In this document: positions 8,273 to 17,086 of the stretch, piece by piece
Layout of the letters: every line of letters begins with the position of its first letter
Numbering within the stretch: position 1 is the stretch's first letter
From: a bacterium
GTDB taxonomy: Bacteria > Patescibacteriota > Microgenomatia > Daviesbacterales > UBA10151
Assembly (NCBI GenBank): GCA_021786105.1
Contig: JAJYNW010000021.1
Coordinates: forward strand, 1-25,552
Reading direction: 5' to 3'
Length of the DNA: 25,552 nt
The notes under the pieces: model-generated
What the model was told of the DNA's origin: nothing
The model's database searches: none
Seen by the model: only the letters and a program-made list of their open reading frames with translations
Position numbers and translations under genes: made by a program

Positions 8273-8773
8273 ATGCTAAAAATTCGTTTAATGAGAATCG
8301 GCACTAAAAAGAAACCATTCTACCGGGTGGTGGTGGTTGACGAACGCTCTAAAAGAACCGGAGCTTACATCGAACTGCTAGGTACCTACAACCCTTTGAC
8401 AGAACCAAAAGACATCAAACTAAAACAAGACAGAATTGACTACTGGACCAAACAAGGCGCCCAACCTTCCACCGGATTTTTACGCATAATTGGCAAAGCT
8501 CCTCAAAGACTGCCCAGAAAACCAAAGAAAGCTGGCAAACAAGGGACAGTGGAAAACGAACAACCAAAAGCAGAAGAGCCAGCAAAGAAAGCACCGACTG
8601 AAGAAGCCGCACCAGAGAAACAACCAACTCCTGAAGCACCTGTAGAAGAAACAGCAAAACCAAGTGAATCAGAAGCAACTGAAACGCCAGCAGAAGAAAC
8701 TGAAGCAAAACCTGAAACTCAAGAATCAACAGAACCAGAAAAGTCGGAATCTAACCAAGAAGAAAATAAATGA
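8273..8773 (+). CDS. rpsP: 30S ribosomal protein S16 with long E/P/K/A-rich tail
   Basis: [39 protein letters not shown]. Confidence 0.96.
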   Translation: MLKIRLMRIGTKKKPFYRVVVVDERSKRTGAYIELLGTYNPLTEPKDIKLKQDRIDYWTKQGAQPSTGFLRIIGKAPQRLPRKPKKAGKQGTVENEQPKAEEPAKKAPTEEAAPEKQPTPEAPVEETAKPSESEATETPAEETEAKPETQESTEPEKSESNQEENK

Positions 8774-9054
8774 AAGACCTTTTAAGCTTTATAGTTACCA
8801 GTTTAGTCACTAAACCAGATGCTGTGGTAATTGACGAGCAAAAAGTAGATGGCGGCATTACCCTCAACTTAACGGTTGACCCTTCTGACATGGGGCTAAT
8901 TATTGGCAAAAGCGGACAAACAATCAGAGCCATCAGAAGACTTCTAACTGTCAGAGCTATTGCAGAAAACGTCAGAATAAATTTACAACTGACAGAACCT
9001 CAAGGAGAATCAAAATCTGAGAGTCAAGAGTCTAGCGAAGAATCAGCTTCCTAG
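8770..9054 (+). CDS. khpA: KH-domain RNA-binding protein KhpA
   Basis: [17 protein letters not shown] (GxxG); usual position after rpsP. Confidence 0.9.
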   Translation: MKDLLSFIVTSLVTKPDAVVIDEQKVDGGITLNLTVDPSDMGLIIGKSGQTIRAIRRLLTVRAIAENVRINLQLTEPQGESKSESQESSEESAS

Positions 9055-9080
9055 TATCTAGACTCTAATAACTAGACTCT
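9051..9080. repeat. Degenerate heptamer tract
   Basis: CTAGTAT CTAGACT CTAATAA CTAGACT CT fills the khpA-trmD gap. Confidence 0.7.
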
Positions 9081-9788
9081 ATGCGCATCTCCATTATTAC
9101 TCTCTTCCCGGAAGTCTTTGAACCTATTCTTAATTCCTCAATTTTAAAGCGCGCGCAAAAGAAAGGGTTAGTGGAATTTGAATTAGTTAATCTGCGAGAT
9201 TTCGGTGAAGGCAGACACAAAATAGTTGACGACCGGCCTTATGGTGGTGGAGTAGGGATGGTTTTACGCGCTGACATCCTTGCCAAAGCTATTACCTTTA
9301 TCACAAACTTTGATGCGACCGTCCAAAATTATGTTATCCTAACTTCTGCATCAGGTAGACCATACCAACAAGCAAAAGCACAAGAATTTTCTCAGCTGGA
9401 TCACCTGATCGTCGTCTGTGGTCACTACGAAGGAGTTGATCAAAGATTTATTGATAAATATGTGGATGAGGAAATCTCCATTGGGGATTATGTATTAACC
9501 GGCGGAGAAATTCCCGCTATGGTAATAGCTGATTCTATTACCAGGCTGATTCCCGGAGTTTTAGAGAAAGAGGAGGCAACCGCAGAAGAAAGCTTTTCCC
9601 CGACCACTTCAGGTCAACTGGAATACCCGCACTATACCAGACCAGAGGAGTTTGAAGGGGAGAAAGTGCCGGAAATTTTACTTTCCGGAAATCATGGCGA
9701 AATTAAAAAATGGCGAGCACAAAAATCTTTGGAAAAAACTAAGAAAGTAAGACCGGATCTGCTCCGCAACCATGTCAGAAACAATTAG
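9081..9788 (+). CDS. trmD: tRNA (guanine37-N1)-methyltransferase
   Basis: VDDRPYGGGVGMV, CGHYEGVDQR, SIGDYVLTGGE, LEYPHYTRP, LLSGNH. Confidence 0.97.
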   Translation: MRISIITLFPEVFEPILNSSILKRAQKKGLVEFELVNLRDFGEGRHKIVDDRPYGGGVGMVLRADILAKAITFITNFDATVQNYVILTSASGRPYQQAKAQEFSQLDHLIVVCGHYEGVDQRFIDKYVDEEISIGDYVLTGGEIPAMVIADSITRLIPGVLEKEEATAEESFSPTTSGQLEYPHYTRPEEFEGEKVPEILLSGNHGEIKKWRAQKSLEKTKKVRPDLLRNHVRNN

Positions 9789-10392
9789 AAAAGATTGTCT
9801 TCCATTTTACCATGTACCAGACGGCAAAATTGAAGAAGGATTACATAGTGATATTTACGGTTTGGATGACAATTGGGTCATAAAAAAAATAAAGCCGTTC
9901 TGGAAAAAGGGGGATTGGAAGGAAAGACTTACTCAAGACTTCTCGCTGCTTGACCGCTATTTAAATCCATTTATCCCATCTACTACTTTCATTGAATGTA
10001 GTGAAGATGGATTAACAAACACCTTGCTGATTGTACAGAAAAGGATTATTGGAAGACCATTACGAGTTTTGTCATGGGATGAATTAGTGCATAACAGGAC
10101 AGTAGTTGAAGGCTTAATCGAATTTGGAGATTGCGTAGAACAAATGTACAAGGAAACTGGAATGACCCCAGATTTGCATGGCGGAACAAGAAATATTTTA
10201 CGGCAATATGATTTCAAATATTCAAATAATCTGTTAATAGATAAAACAGCCCAAATCTGGTGGACGGATATAGACCGGCTCGGCCCACTTTGGTCACCTA
10301 ATTGGATCGGCGGCAAAATTCACATGGCTCTTATGATGAGGTCTCTTTCCCGATTTATCTATGAACTTCAAGCACACAATCACAAACTTTAG
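9772..10392 (+). CDS. Hypothetical protein, possible kinase-like fold
   Basis: IEEGLHSDIY, WVIKK, IVQKRIIG, PDLHG...NNLL, WTDID resemble kinase subdomains in the expected order. Confidence 0.5.
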   Translation: MSETIRKDCLPFYHVPDGKIEEGLHSDIYGLDDNWVIKKIKPFWKKGDWKERLTQDFSLLDRYLNPFIPSTTFIECSEDGLTNTLLIVQKRIIGRPLRVLSWDELVHNRTVVEGLIEFGDCVEQMYKETGMTPDLHGGTRNILRQYDFKYSNNLLIDKTAQIWWTDIDRLGPLWSPNWIGGKIHMALMMRSLSRFIYELQAHNHKL

Positions 10393-10417
10393 TGCGGCCG
10401 TATATTAGTTTGTGATT
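10378..10417. repeat. CGGCCG-centred imperfect palindrome upstream of the PaaX-like gene
   Basis: AATCACAAACT-N6-CGGCCG-N6-AGTTTGTGATT with perfect 11-bp arms. Confidence 0.85.
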
Positions 10418-10434
10418 TATGATAATATTAGTTC

Positions 10435-10948
10435 ATGTGGGTTAAGAAGAACTCTTTAAGCTACTTTATTCTCTTAGCCCTAGAAAAAACCATTGATGGT
10501 TACGTCAGATTGGAAGATTTCCTTTTTAATCCCGGATACTATGCTTATGGTAACGGATGGAAATTTCCTTCAGACAAATCAGAATTATCTCAAGCTATTA
10601 AAAGACTGAGAGAAAGAGGGTTAGTTTTAAAAGATACTGCAAACACTGATCAGGTAATTCTAAGACTTACGGATATGGGAAGGGAGGCGCTTGGTATCAA
10701 CCCTGAAGAGGAATGGGACGGAAAATATCGCATTGTGATTTTTGATATTCCGGAACAAAAAAGAGTAATCAGAAATCTTTTTAGAAGGAGATTAAAAGAA
10801 TGGGGATTTAGAAGATGGCAGCAAAGTGTCTGGATTACGAATAGAAGATTGGATTGCTGTAATTGAATCAGACGATGCCAAATTGGTAACAAACTATTGG
10901 ACGGCCGTCCAATATGATGTAATTTTTAGGAAGATTATTTTAGATTGA
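10435..10948 (+). pseudogene. PaaX-family regulator-like gene, probably frameshifted near 10840
   Basis: wHTH (LSQAIKRLRERGLV, RLTDMG) plus WDGKYRIVIFDIPE...GF..WQQSVW; the ORF stops at 10866, but the +1 frame from 10841 reads IEDWIAVIESDD... to a stop at 10948. Confidence 0.7.
10895..10914. repeat. Perfect 20-bp palindrome downstream of the PaaX-like ORF
   Basis: TATTGGACGG|CCGTCCAATA. Confidence 0.9.
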
Positions 10949-10955
10949 CTCAAAA

Positions 10956-11654
10956 TTATTCAAAAGGATTAGCTTTACCCCTCGGAGATGATCCCACAGA
11001 ATCAGAAGAGGGGCTTGTCTCAGCATTCTTCATCAGAGCAATAATCATTTCCTGGTCTTTCTCACTGAGTTCAGGTACCGGAGCGTCTATCGACCCTTGG
11101 CTTTGAGACAACTGCGAGTATAAGACTTCGATCGACAGCAGTGCACTAATAGACTGGGCTGTTTGACCCGACAGAACCTCAATACTGCTTACCCTAACAA
11201 GACGGGGAGAGCTTTCCAAATTATCCAGCAAAGTTTGGAATAAAACTTTAGCACCTTTTACCTCTAGTTTAACCGGAAAACTATTAACAGAACCCATCTT
11301 GGTTGAGGTAGTACCCAAAGAAATTGAACTAACAGTAAACCCTGATTCTGTAACTAATTTTTGCAGCACCCCCAAAATATTTAAAAAATCTTTATCTGCA
11401 GGTAAAGCTGCCAAAGCATATTTAGCTTTTTGGGATAAATCTTCCCCGTTGTAACCTTCCAAAGCAGACACCTTAGTTTCCAAAAACTCTGATCTTTTAA
11501 CAAGATCGCCCATAGTTTGCTGATTACTAATTAATTTCATTGTCTGTGGATAAATAGCAAAGACAATTAAAAACAAACTAGAAAGAGCAACTATTGTGGG
11601 AAAAATGTAGAACCTGTATTTGAAATAGAATTTTAACAATTCATCCTTTTTCAT
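10956..11654 (-). CDS. pilO: Type IV pilus assembly protein, PilO-like
   Basis: N-terminal TM, coiled coil, ALP motif, LDNLESSPRLVRV; follows pilM and pilN. Confidence 0.75.
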   Translation of the reverse strand: MKKDELLKFYFKYRFYIFPTIVALSSLFLIVFAIYPQTMKLISNQQTMGDLVKRSEFLETKVSALEGYNGEDLSQKAKYALAALPADKDFLNILGVLQKLVTESGFTVSSISLGTTSTKMGSVNSFPVKLEVKGAKVLFQTLLDNLESSPRLVRVSSIEVLSGQTAQSISALLSIEVLYSQLSQSQGSIDAPVPELSEKDQEMIIALMKNAETSPSSDSVGSSPRGKANPFE

Positions 11655-12199
11655 TATTTGGATGCCACCTTTAGACTCATCCTATAAATCCCATCTCGGC
11701 CCCGGCTCAAGCTTTCTATTGAAACTTGCCCAAGCTTGTCCTCGTTATCATCCTTATTAGTAAGATTATCTAACAAAGTATCCAAATTTACGGGATCAGG
11801 CACCAAGGCAGAAAACGTTATATCACCTGTTTTATTGACGGAAACCGCAGTAACCATAACAGACGGAGGTATTATTTTATCAATCAATTTATACAGAGAG
11901 GATTGTTTCGACGGCACTCCCAGATATTGGGTAATCACCGTTAATCTATCTTTTAAAAGCAGTAGTGAGGCTTGGGTGTCTCTAAGATCCGCGACCCTTT
12001 GTTCCCCTTCGCTCAGTTTCGCCTGAACAACTTCAATGTTGCGGCTTTGCAAAATCCTTAAAGCGAGAGTTAATGACGTTAAAAAAACCATTACCAGAAT
12101 AATACCTATGCCGACAAACTGGATTTTATAGAATCTGGTTTTTTTTAACTCCTGCGCTATGATCTCAGGCGGCAGTAAGTTAATAGAAATCTTAGCCAT
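11654..12199 (-). CDS. pilN: Type IV pilus assembly protein, PilN-like
   Basis: SINLLPP motif then TM; ATG at 12199 with upstream GAGG. Confidence 0.82.
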   Translation of the reverse strand: MAKISINLLPPEIIAQELKKTRFYKIQFVGIGIILVMVFLTSLTLALRILQSRNIEVVQAKLSEGEQRVADLRDTQASLLLLKDRLTVITQYLGVPSKQSSLYKLIDKIIPPSVMVTAVSVNKTGDITFSALVPDPVNLDTLLDNLTNKDDNEDKLGQVSIESLSRGRDGIYRMSLKVASK

Positions 12200-12201
12200 A
12201 A

Positions 12202-13239
12202 TCAATCCTCTCTCAAAGCCAGTCCAACTGCCACCGAATAAGAGGGTGCGTCTTGAGCCAGCTTCGAAGCCGAGTTTTTATCTTTCATGATTGAATACCA
12301 AGGATCAGCTTCCTGAACCTCTAACCCTAAAACGCCTGCCAGATAAATTACCATTCCCGGCATCTTTGCCCCACCGCCTGAAACAACCACCCTCTTGATA
12401 GGGTTTGAAGGATATTTTGTCTCGAAAGCCTGGATAACCCTCCTGGCTTCACCTGCAATAATATTAACAATCGGTTTTAAAGCCTCAACTACTTTTCCTT
12501 CTAGCTGGTCTTCCATCAAACCATAAATTCTTTTATATTGTTCCGCCTGATTAAGCTCAAAATTAAAACGCTGGGCAATAGACCGGGTTAGAGCCATGCC
12601 ACCGCTGGAAATCGAGCGGGTAAACCAAATCAACCCTTTGGATACTGCCGCAAAATCCGTTGTCGTAGCCCCAAACTGCATAATTAGGGTACTGGGGGAG
12701 AAAGGGTTATTTCCAACCAAAGACCTGGTTACGGCTATTGTCTCTGTTTCCAACGCCTTGGGGCGTAGTCCGGCCATATCCAACACCTTCAAATATTTGG
12801 CCACCACATTTCTAGGAGAAGCTATCACTAAAACTACTGTTCTGGCATTTTTATCATTTGCTGCTGATCTTATTAGGATCTGCCAGTTCAAGTTAACATC
12901 CGAAAGCGGCATCGGAATAAATTCTTCTGCCGCATAGCGGATGGCTGAAGAAAGCTCATTATCTGAAAGGTATGGCAAATCATCAATTATCCTGGTAAAA
13001 ACTCTTGATTCGGGAAGTGCTACTATCACATCTCTTTGATCAATCCGGGTGGCAGCAAAAAGCTTTTTGATGGCATTTGCCAAGTTTTCCAAATCTTCCT
13101 CCGTATCAGACGCCATACCTGGCTGCGGGGTGGGAATAGACCCCAATGAAACCAGCCTGAATTGTTCTTTTTCTTTCGATAACGCTACTACTTTAATAGC
13201 GGAAAAACCGATATCTAAACCAACAGTAATTTTTGCCAT
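12202..13239 (-). CDS. pilM: Type IV pilus assembly protein PilM
   Basis: VGLDIGFSAIKVV, VVSGGGAKMPG, YSVAVGLALR (actin-like fold). Confidence 0.93.
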   Translation of the reverse strand: MAKITVGLDIGFSAIKVVALSKEKEQFRLVSLGSIPTPQPGMASDTEEDLENLANAIKKLFAATRIDQRDVIVALPESRVFTRIIDDLPYLSDNELSSAIRYAAEEFIPMPLSDVNLNWQILIRSAANDKNARTVVLVIASPRNVVAKYLKVLDMAGLRPKALETETIAVTRSLVGNNPFSPSTLIMQFGATTTDFAAVSKGLIWFTRSISSGGMALTRSIAQRFNFELNQAEQYKRIYGLMEDQLEGKVVEALKPIVNIIAGEARRVIQAFETKYPSNPIKRVVVSGGGAKMPGMVIYLAGVLGLEVQEADPWYSIMKDKNSASKLAQDAPSYSVAVGLALRED

Positions 13240-13283
13240 ACGAGCAGGATCTAGTAACTAGCCTAAAATTATTCTAAAACAAA

Positions 13284-13325
13284 CTATACCCTAAACGCTA
13301 TACCCTAAACGCTATACCCTAAACC
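13284..13325. repeat. 3 x 14-bp tandem repeat (two alternating heptamers)
   Basis: (CTATACC CTAAACG)x3 with the last base C; abuts the stop codon at 13326. Confidence 0.92.
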
Positions 13326-15128
13326 CTATCTTACCTGGTATGTTCCCTTAACCAAGGAGAATGAGCCGGCCGGCCCTGATGAGAAAAATGTCGAAGCAAG
13401 GCCTGATTGGTAAGTAAGCGTAGAAACATTACCCAAATCAATCTCCCAAGCTGTCAGTTCATTAAAGCTCGAACCATTTGCCAATTCCACCTTTCCATAA
13501 GGGGCATAGATAATTCCGCTGAAAGAAGAATTACCACTATCAATCGCTTCTACTCCGCCATTTAAAACCGAGTTATAGGTAGAAAGCAACATTAGGTAAC
13601 TACCGGAGGTTCCCGATCCTGCAAAATCAACTGAATTACCTAAAATTGTTTTTCCGTCTACAATAATCATGCCTGAACCTGCTCCAAAGCTTGAATCAAG
13701 CATAAACCTAGTACTGTTACCCACATTTAAGGCCCCTGTAATCCAAACAGGGGAAAAGACTTTAATGTTACAGCTGTTTCCCAAAGATACATTACCGTTT
13801 ATCTCACCCGGGCCAAGAGTTGACGGGCAGCCTGAAACATTTCCGTTTGTAATCCCGGCTGCAGCAGCCTGGTTTTTCCAATCAGTAATGTTGGCATCAG
13901 AAATAGGGAAAACAGCCGGAGCAGGATCGGTAGATCCCGGATATTTAGTACCGGAAACCGTGACAGAAGGACCCAGGGTTTGATAATAAGCATCCTTGGA
14001 AATAGTCATATTGCCGGTAACGGTATTGGCATGGACACTACCATTAACCGCTGAGCCATTAGTTAAATTTAGTGATGTCGGTGCACCTCCCATGTAAGTC
14101 TGGAACCCCAGATCCCCGGAAATGCCAGTCCAAACCGGGCTACCCGCCTGCCAGCTGGCAGACCACTTGGCAGCGCCTTGAGTGTAGCTTCCAGCTAAAT
14201 CAAGCGACCAAACCCAATAGTTTGAGTTATCTAATGATTGAGAATGAATCATAATCCAATAGGGAGTACCATTGTTTAAATTAGGTGACGTGCTGAATGT
14301 TACATCTACAAAACTATATTGATTTGTTACTAAATTAGCTGATAACGTCCCAGTTGCTAAAATTGTATTTTTGTTTGGCTTACCGCTGGAATCAGCCATA
14401 ATCCTGACCGTGGGATTAGCTGGTGTTCCAACCTTTTTAAGCTTTAAGGAAACTTTATTTAATATCCCATCAACAAAAGGCCTAAAGCTCTGAGCCACGT
14501 CCTGACGATTTTCTCCTCCTACATTTTTCCCAAAGATATAATCCTGACAATTTGCATCAATACAATCACTTTGCTGATCAGCAGTTGGTTGGCTAGCTCC
14601 GGCTATATAAACATCACCGGTAAATGTATTACCATCTCCTCCTAAGATATTGCCGTTTGAGTAAATAGAACCCTTGATAGTATTGGTATTTCCCATCTGC
14701 AAACCCCCATTGCCAATTTGCATGCCATAATTAAAGGAAAGACCTTCGCCTTTTGAAGCTTGTATGGTAATTGTCCGTTTTACTTTAGGGTTGGCTTTAT
14801 TGGGAATATAACCGGTGACCTGCAAAATTTTAGTGGCTGCATCTTTATCAGTCACTATTACAGAATACGATCCCTCACCAAAACTAGTTTCAGCTTCACC
14901 GTTATAACTGCCGCCGGTCTTATTTAAAGAAGCCAAAGCCTTGTCAACTCCGGCCTCAGCTATTGCCATGGCTGACTCGGACCGGTAAGAATACTGGGCA
15001 TTTTGGAAATAAACTTGGGAGCCGGCAATAACAAACAGCACTGTAAAAAGCGCAATTCCCAAAGCCGCAAAGGTCAGAATTAAAATCTGCCCAGACTGAT
15101 CCTTTAGATAGCCAGAAAAATTAATCAT
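13326..15128 (-). CDS. Large PilX-like minor pilin / putative tip adhesin (600 aa)
   Basis: SG|QILILTF leader without Glu5, AMAIAEAGV, inserted beta domain (AQSF...VSLKLKKVG...YWIMI), GIIYAPYG beta-rich C-terminus. Confidence 0.78.
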   Translation of the reverse strand: MINFSGYLKDQSGQILILTFAALGIALFTVLFVIAGSQVYFQNAQYSYRSESAMAIAEAGVDKALASLNKTGGSYNGEAETSFGEGSYSVIVTDKDAATKILQVTGYIPNKANPKVKRTITIQASKGEGLSFNYGMQIGNGGLQMGNTNTIKGSIYSNGNILGGDGNTFTGDVYIAGASQPTADQQSDCIDANCQDYIFGKNVGGENRQDVAQSFRPFVDGILNKVSLKLKKVGTPANPTVRIMADSSGKPNKNTILATGTLSANLVTNQYSFVDVTFSTSPNLNNGTPYWIMIHSQSLDNSNYWVWSLDLAGSYTQGAAKWSASWQAGSPVWTGISGDLGFQTYMGGAPTSLNLTNGSAVNGSVHANTVTGNMTISKDAYYQTLGPSVTVSGTKYPGSTDPAPAVFPISDANITDWKNQAAAAGITNGNVSGCPSTLGPGEINGNVSLGNSCNIKVFSPVWITGALNVGNSTRFMLDSSFGAGSGMIIVDGKTILGNSVDFAGSGTSGSYLMLLSTYNSVLNGGVEAIDSGNSSFSGIIYAPYGKVELANGSSFNELTAWEIDLGNVSTLTYQSGLASTFFSSGPAGSFSLVKGTYQVR

Positions 15129-15717
15129 TCCTCAAATTTACCTCCGATACTGCAGTATTGGTTTCAGTGTTTATGCCATTTTTCTGCTTCAATATTAAAG
15201 TCGTCCTGATTTTTACCGCCTGAGTAGGAGAGACCTCGACCGGCGGAATAGCCGAGTTAAGATACTGAAAACTCAAACTGTCAACACTATTGGAAAAAAT
15301 CCTATCTGCTGATTTCCTGAAACTTGAAGAATTCGGAAAAACCTTGTAATGCAAAATCTTTTGGTCAGTATAAATAACCATAAAATCATAAGCATTGGCA
15401 ATTATATTACCGGAGGAATCTATCGAGGATACCTTCAAAACCAGTTGGCTGGCGCTGGTGGTATAAGTCGTTGAACCACTTGTATAGGAGGCAGCCACTG
15501 AGCTTGCCAACTTAACGTTGTTGCGGATCGCTGCCAGAGCATCATTAATATTTAAACCTTCCTGAATCTGGGAAGACTGCTGATAAAATATCCCGGCGCT
15601 GTTTGTGATAATTACCACCAGCAGTATACTTGCCGTTACAGCTATCCCCAAGGCCACCAAGACTTCTATAAAGGTTAGTCCTTTTTGATATTTGATATTT
15701 GATATTTGATATTTTAT
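15121..15717 (-). CDS. Minor pilin; N-terminus extends upstream of the tracked TTG at 15660, start uncertain (ATA at 15717 proposed)
   Basis: In-frame upstream translation (I/M)KYQISNIKYQKG|LTFIEVLVAL restores the prepilin motif. Confidence 0.7.
   Translation of the reverse strand: MKYQISNIKYQKGLTFIEVLVALGIAVTASILLVVIITNSAGIFYQQSSQIQEGLNINDALAAIRNNVKLASSVAASYTSGSTTYTTSASQLVLKVSSIDSSGNIIANAYDFMVIYTDQKILHYKVFPNSSSFRKSADRIFSNSVDSLSFQYLNSAIPPVEVSPTQAVKIRTTLILKQKNGINTETNTAVSEVNLRND
15684..15711. repeat. (TTTGATA)x4 perfect heptamer repeat in a pilin leader
   Basis: Read directly from the sequence. Confidence 0.93.
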
Positions 15718-16145
15718 TGGTTTATCCCTCCTTCTCCAATCATGGTTTTTAATGTTAAGGTTTGGGGTTTATTATTATCCTGCCAGTTAACCGTAACTGT
15801 GACTTGCTTAATAGACTCTCCGTTTGTACAAACAGAAGTCTCGCAATTTGCCCATACTCCCGGCGATGTTTCTATTCCCACCACTACCGTTCCGCTTCCT
15901 TGAGGTAACGAACTTAATCGCGAATCAGCAATCGGGGTACTGCCGAGCGGTATGTTGATATATTTAACCGTTCTCTTGTCCTCAATTTGCTTGACCGCTA
16001 TTTCCCTGGCTAAACTCATATGCTGACTTTTACCCACCAGCACCAAAGCGTTGGGGATATTGGCCAATAAAAAAACCGCCGAACCAATTACCACGATAGC
16101 CAATAACGATTCAATCAAAGAAAATCCGCCTTCTTTTTTCTTCAT
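15714..16145 (-). CDS. Minor pilin (prepilin cleavage/methylation motif)
   Basis: MKKKEGG|FSLIESLL; VTVTVNW. Confidence 0.88.
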   Translation of the reverse strand: MKKKEGGFSLIESLLAIVVIGSAVFLLANIPNALVLVGKSQHMSLAREIAVKQIEDKRTVKYINIPLGSTPIADSRLSSLPQGSGTVVVGIETSPGVWANCETSVCTNGESIKQVTVTVNWQDNNKPQTLTLKTMIGEGGINQ

Positions 16146-17086
16146 TTACTTATCGCCCCTGAGGAAAAGATGGCATAGTCAAAATAAGGGGGAACTACCT
16201 TTTGTACCTGAAACAGCTTAACTTTCCTTTGGGTAGTCCCGGAAGTCCCGATAGCAGTCAGGGATCTGGCTTGAGGAGGAATAGAGTAATCCCGGCAATC
16301 AGCAGTGCCGACAGGGCAAGTTATAGCCTGAACCGCAAAAGGCTGGAAAGTACTGTTATAAAGCAGTCTCGCCCGGATTAACATCAGTTGAGCATTAACC
16401 GGTATAGGAGGTTGCAAGGAAGCAAAGGAAATATTTCTTTGACATGCATAAGTATAAGGGCTGGAGCTACCATCAGCATATATTAAAGGAATACTATTAG
16501 TGCAATTAGCACTATTATCAGTAAAACTATTAGAGGCAACTCTTCCTGTATCACTCTCCAAAAAAATTTTTGAATTTTTATAAGTGGTACTTGAAGGATC
16601 ATAATAAACCACTGTTAATTCCAAAGCAGACTTGTCTCCTTTGATGGCGGCCGCCGCATCTCCCCAATACACATTTATACTGCTTTGTCTGTAAAACTGT
16701 GCTGGAGGATTATGGGTGGAATCATTCAGATCAGCCAGCCAAACATGGGCAGTTTCCTCCTTTGCCAAAGGAGGAAACTCAAAAGGATCTTGCTGGCCGG
16801 AGGAGGGGACCGCGGGGATTAAACCTGTATCAGTGGCAGTAACTTGTGAATTATTTGGCAAAGAAAACGGTGCCGTAGAGCCAGTTCCCAAAGCCTTTTC
16901 AATTCCTGCTTCTGCCGCAGAATAAGCTCTGGAAGACTGCTCCACTTTGGAAGCCGTGGAGATATCCGAAAGAGAACGCTGGATCACTGATAAACCGATA
17001 GCCAAAGCGACCGTCATGACCAAAATCAGCAGCAGAATAATTTGGCCTTTTTGATCCTTCATATATCCATTATAACCGTAGTTCAT
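16142..17086 (-). CDS. PilX-like minor pilin
   Basis: QKG|QIILLLILVM, RAYSAAEAGIEKAL. Confidence 0.85.
   Translation of the reverse strand: MNYGYNGYMKDQKGQIILLLILVMTVALAIGLSVIQRSLSDISTASKVEQSSRAYSAAEAGIEKALGTGSTAPFSLPNNSQVTATDTGLIPAVPSSGQQDPFEFPPLAKEETAHVWLADLNDSTHNPPAQFYRQSSINVYWGDAAAAIKGDKSALELTVVYYDPSSTTYKNSKIFLESDTGRVASNSFTDNSANCTNSIPLIYADGSSSPYTYACQRNISFASLQPPIPVNAQLMLIRARLLYNSTFQPFAVQAITCPVGTADCRDYSIPPQARSLTAIGTSGTTQRKVKLFQVQKVVPPYFDYAIFSSGAISK

Noticed and set aside
10435-10866. CRISPR Cas2 gene or CRISPR array
   Set aside because: The Cas2-like region is the PaaX central domain fused to a wHTH; no cas1 and no repeat-spacer array were seen.
13284-13325. Iterons or mini-CRISPR
   Set aside because: The units are contiguous without spacers and no rep gene is nearby; it fits the heptamer-tract family better.
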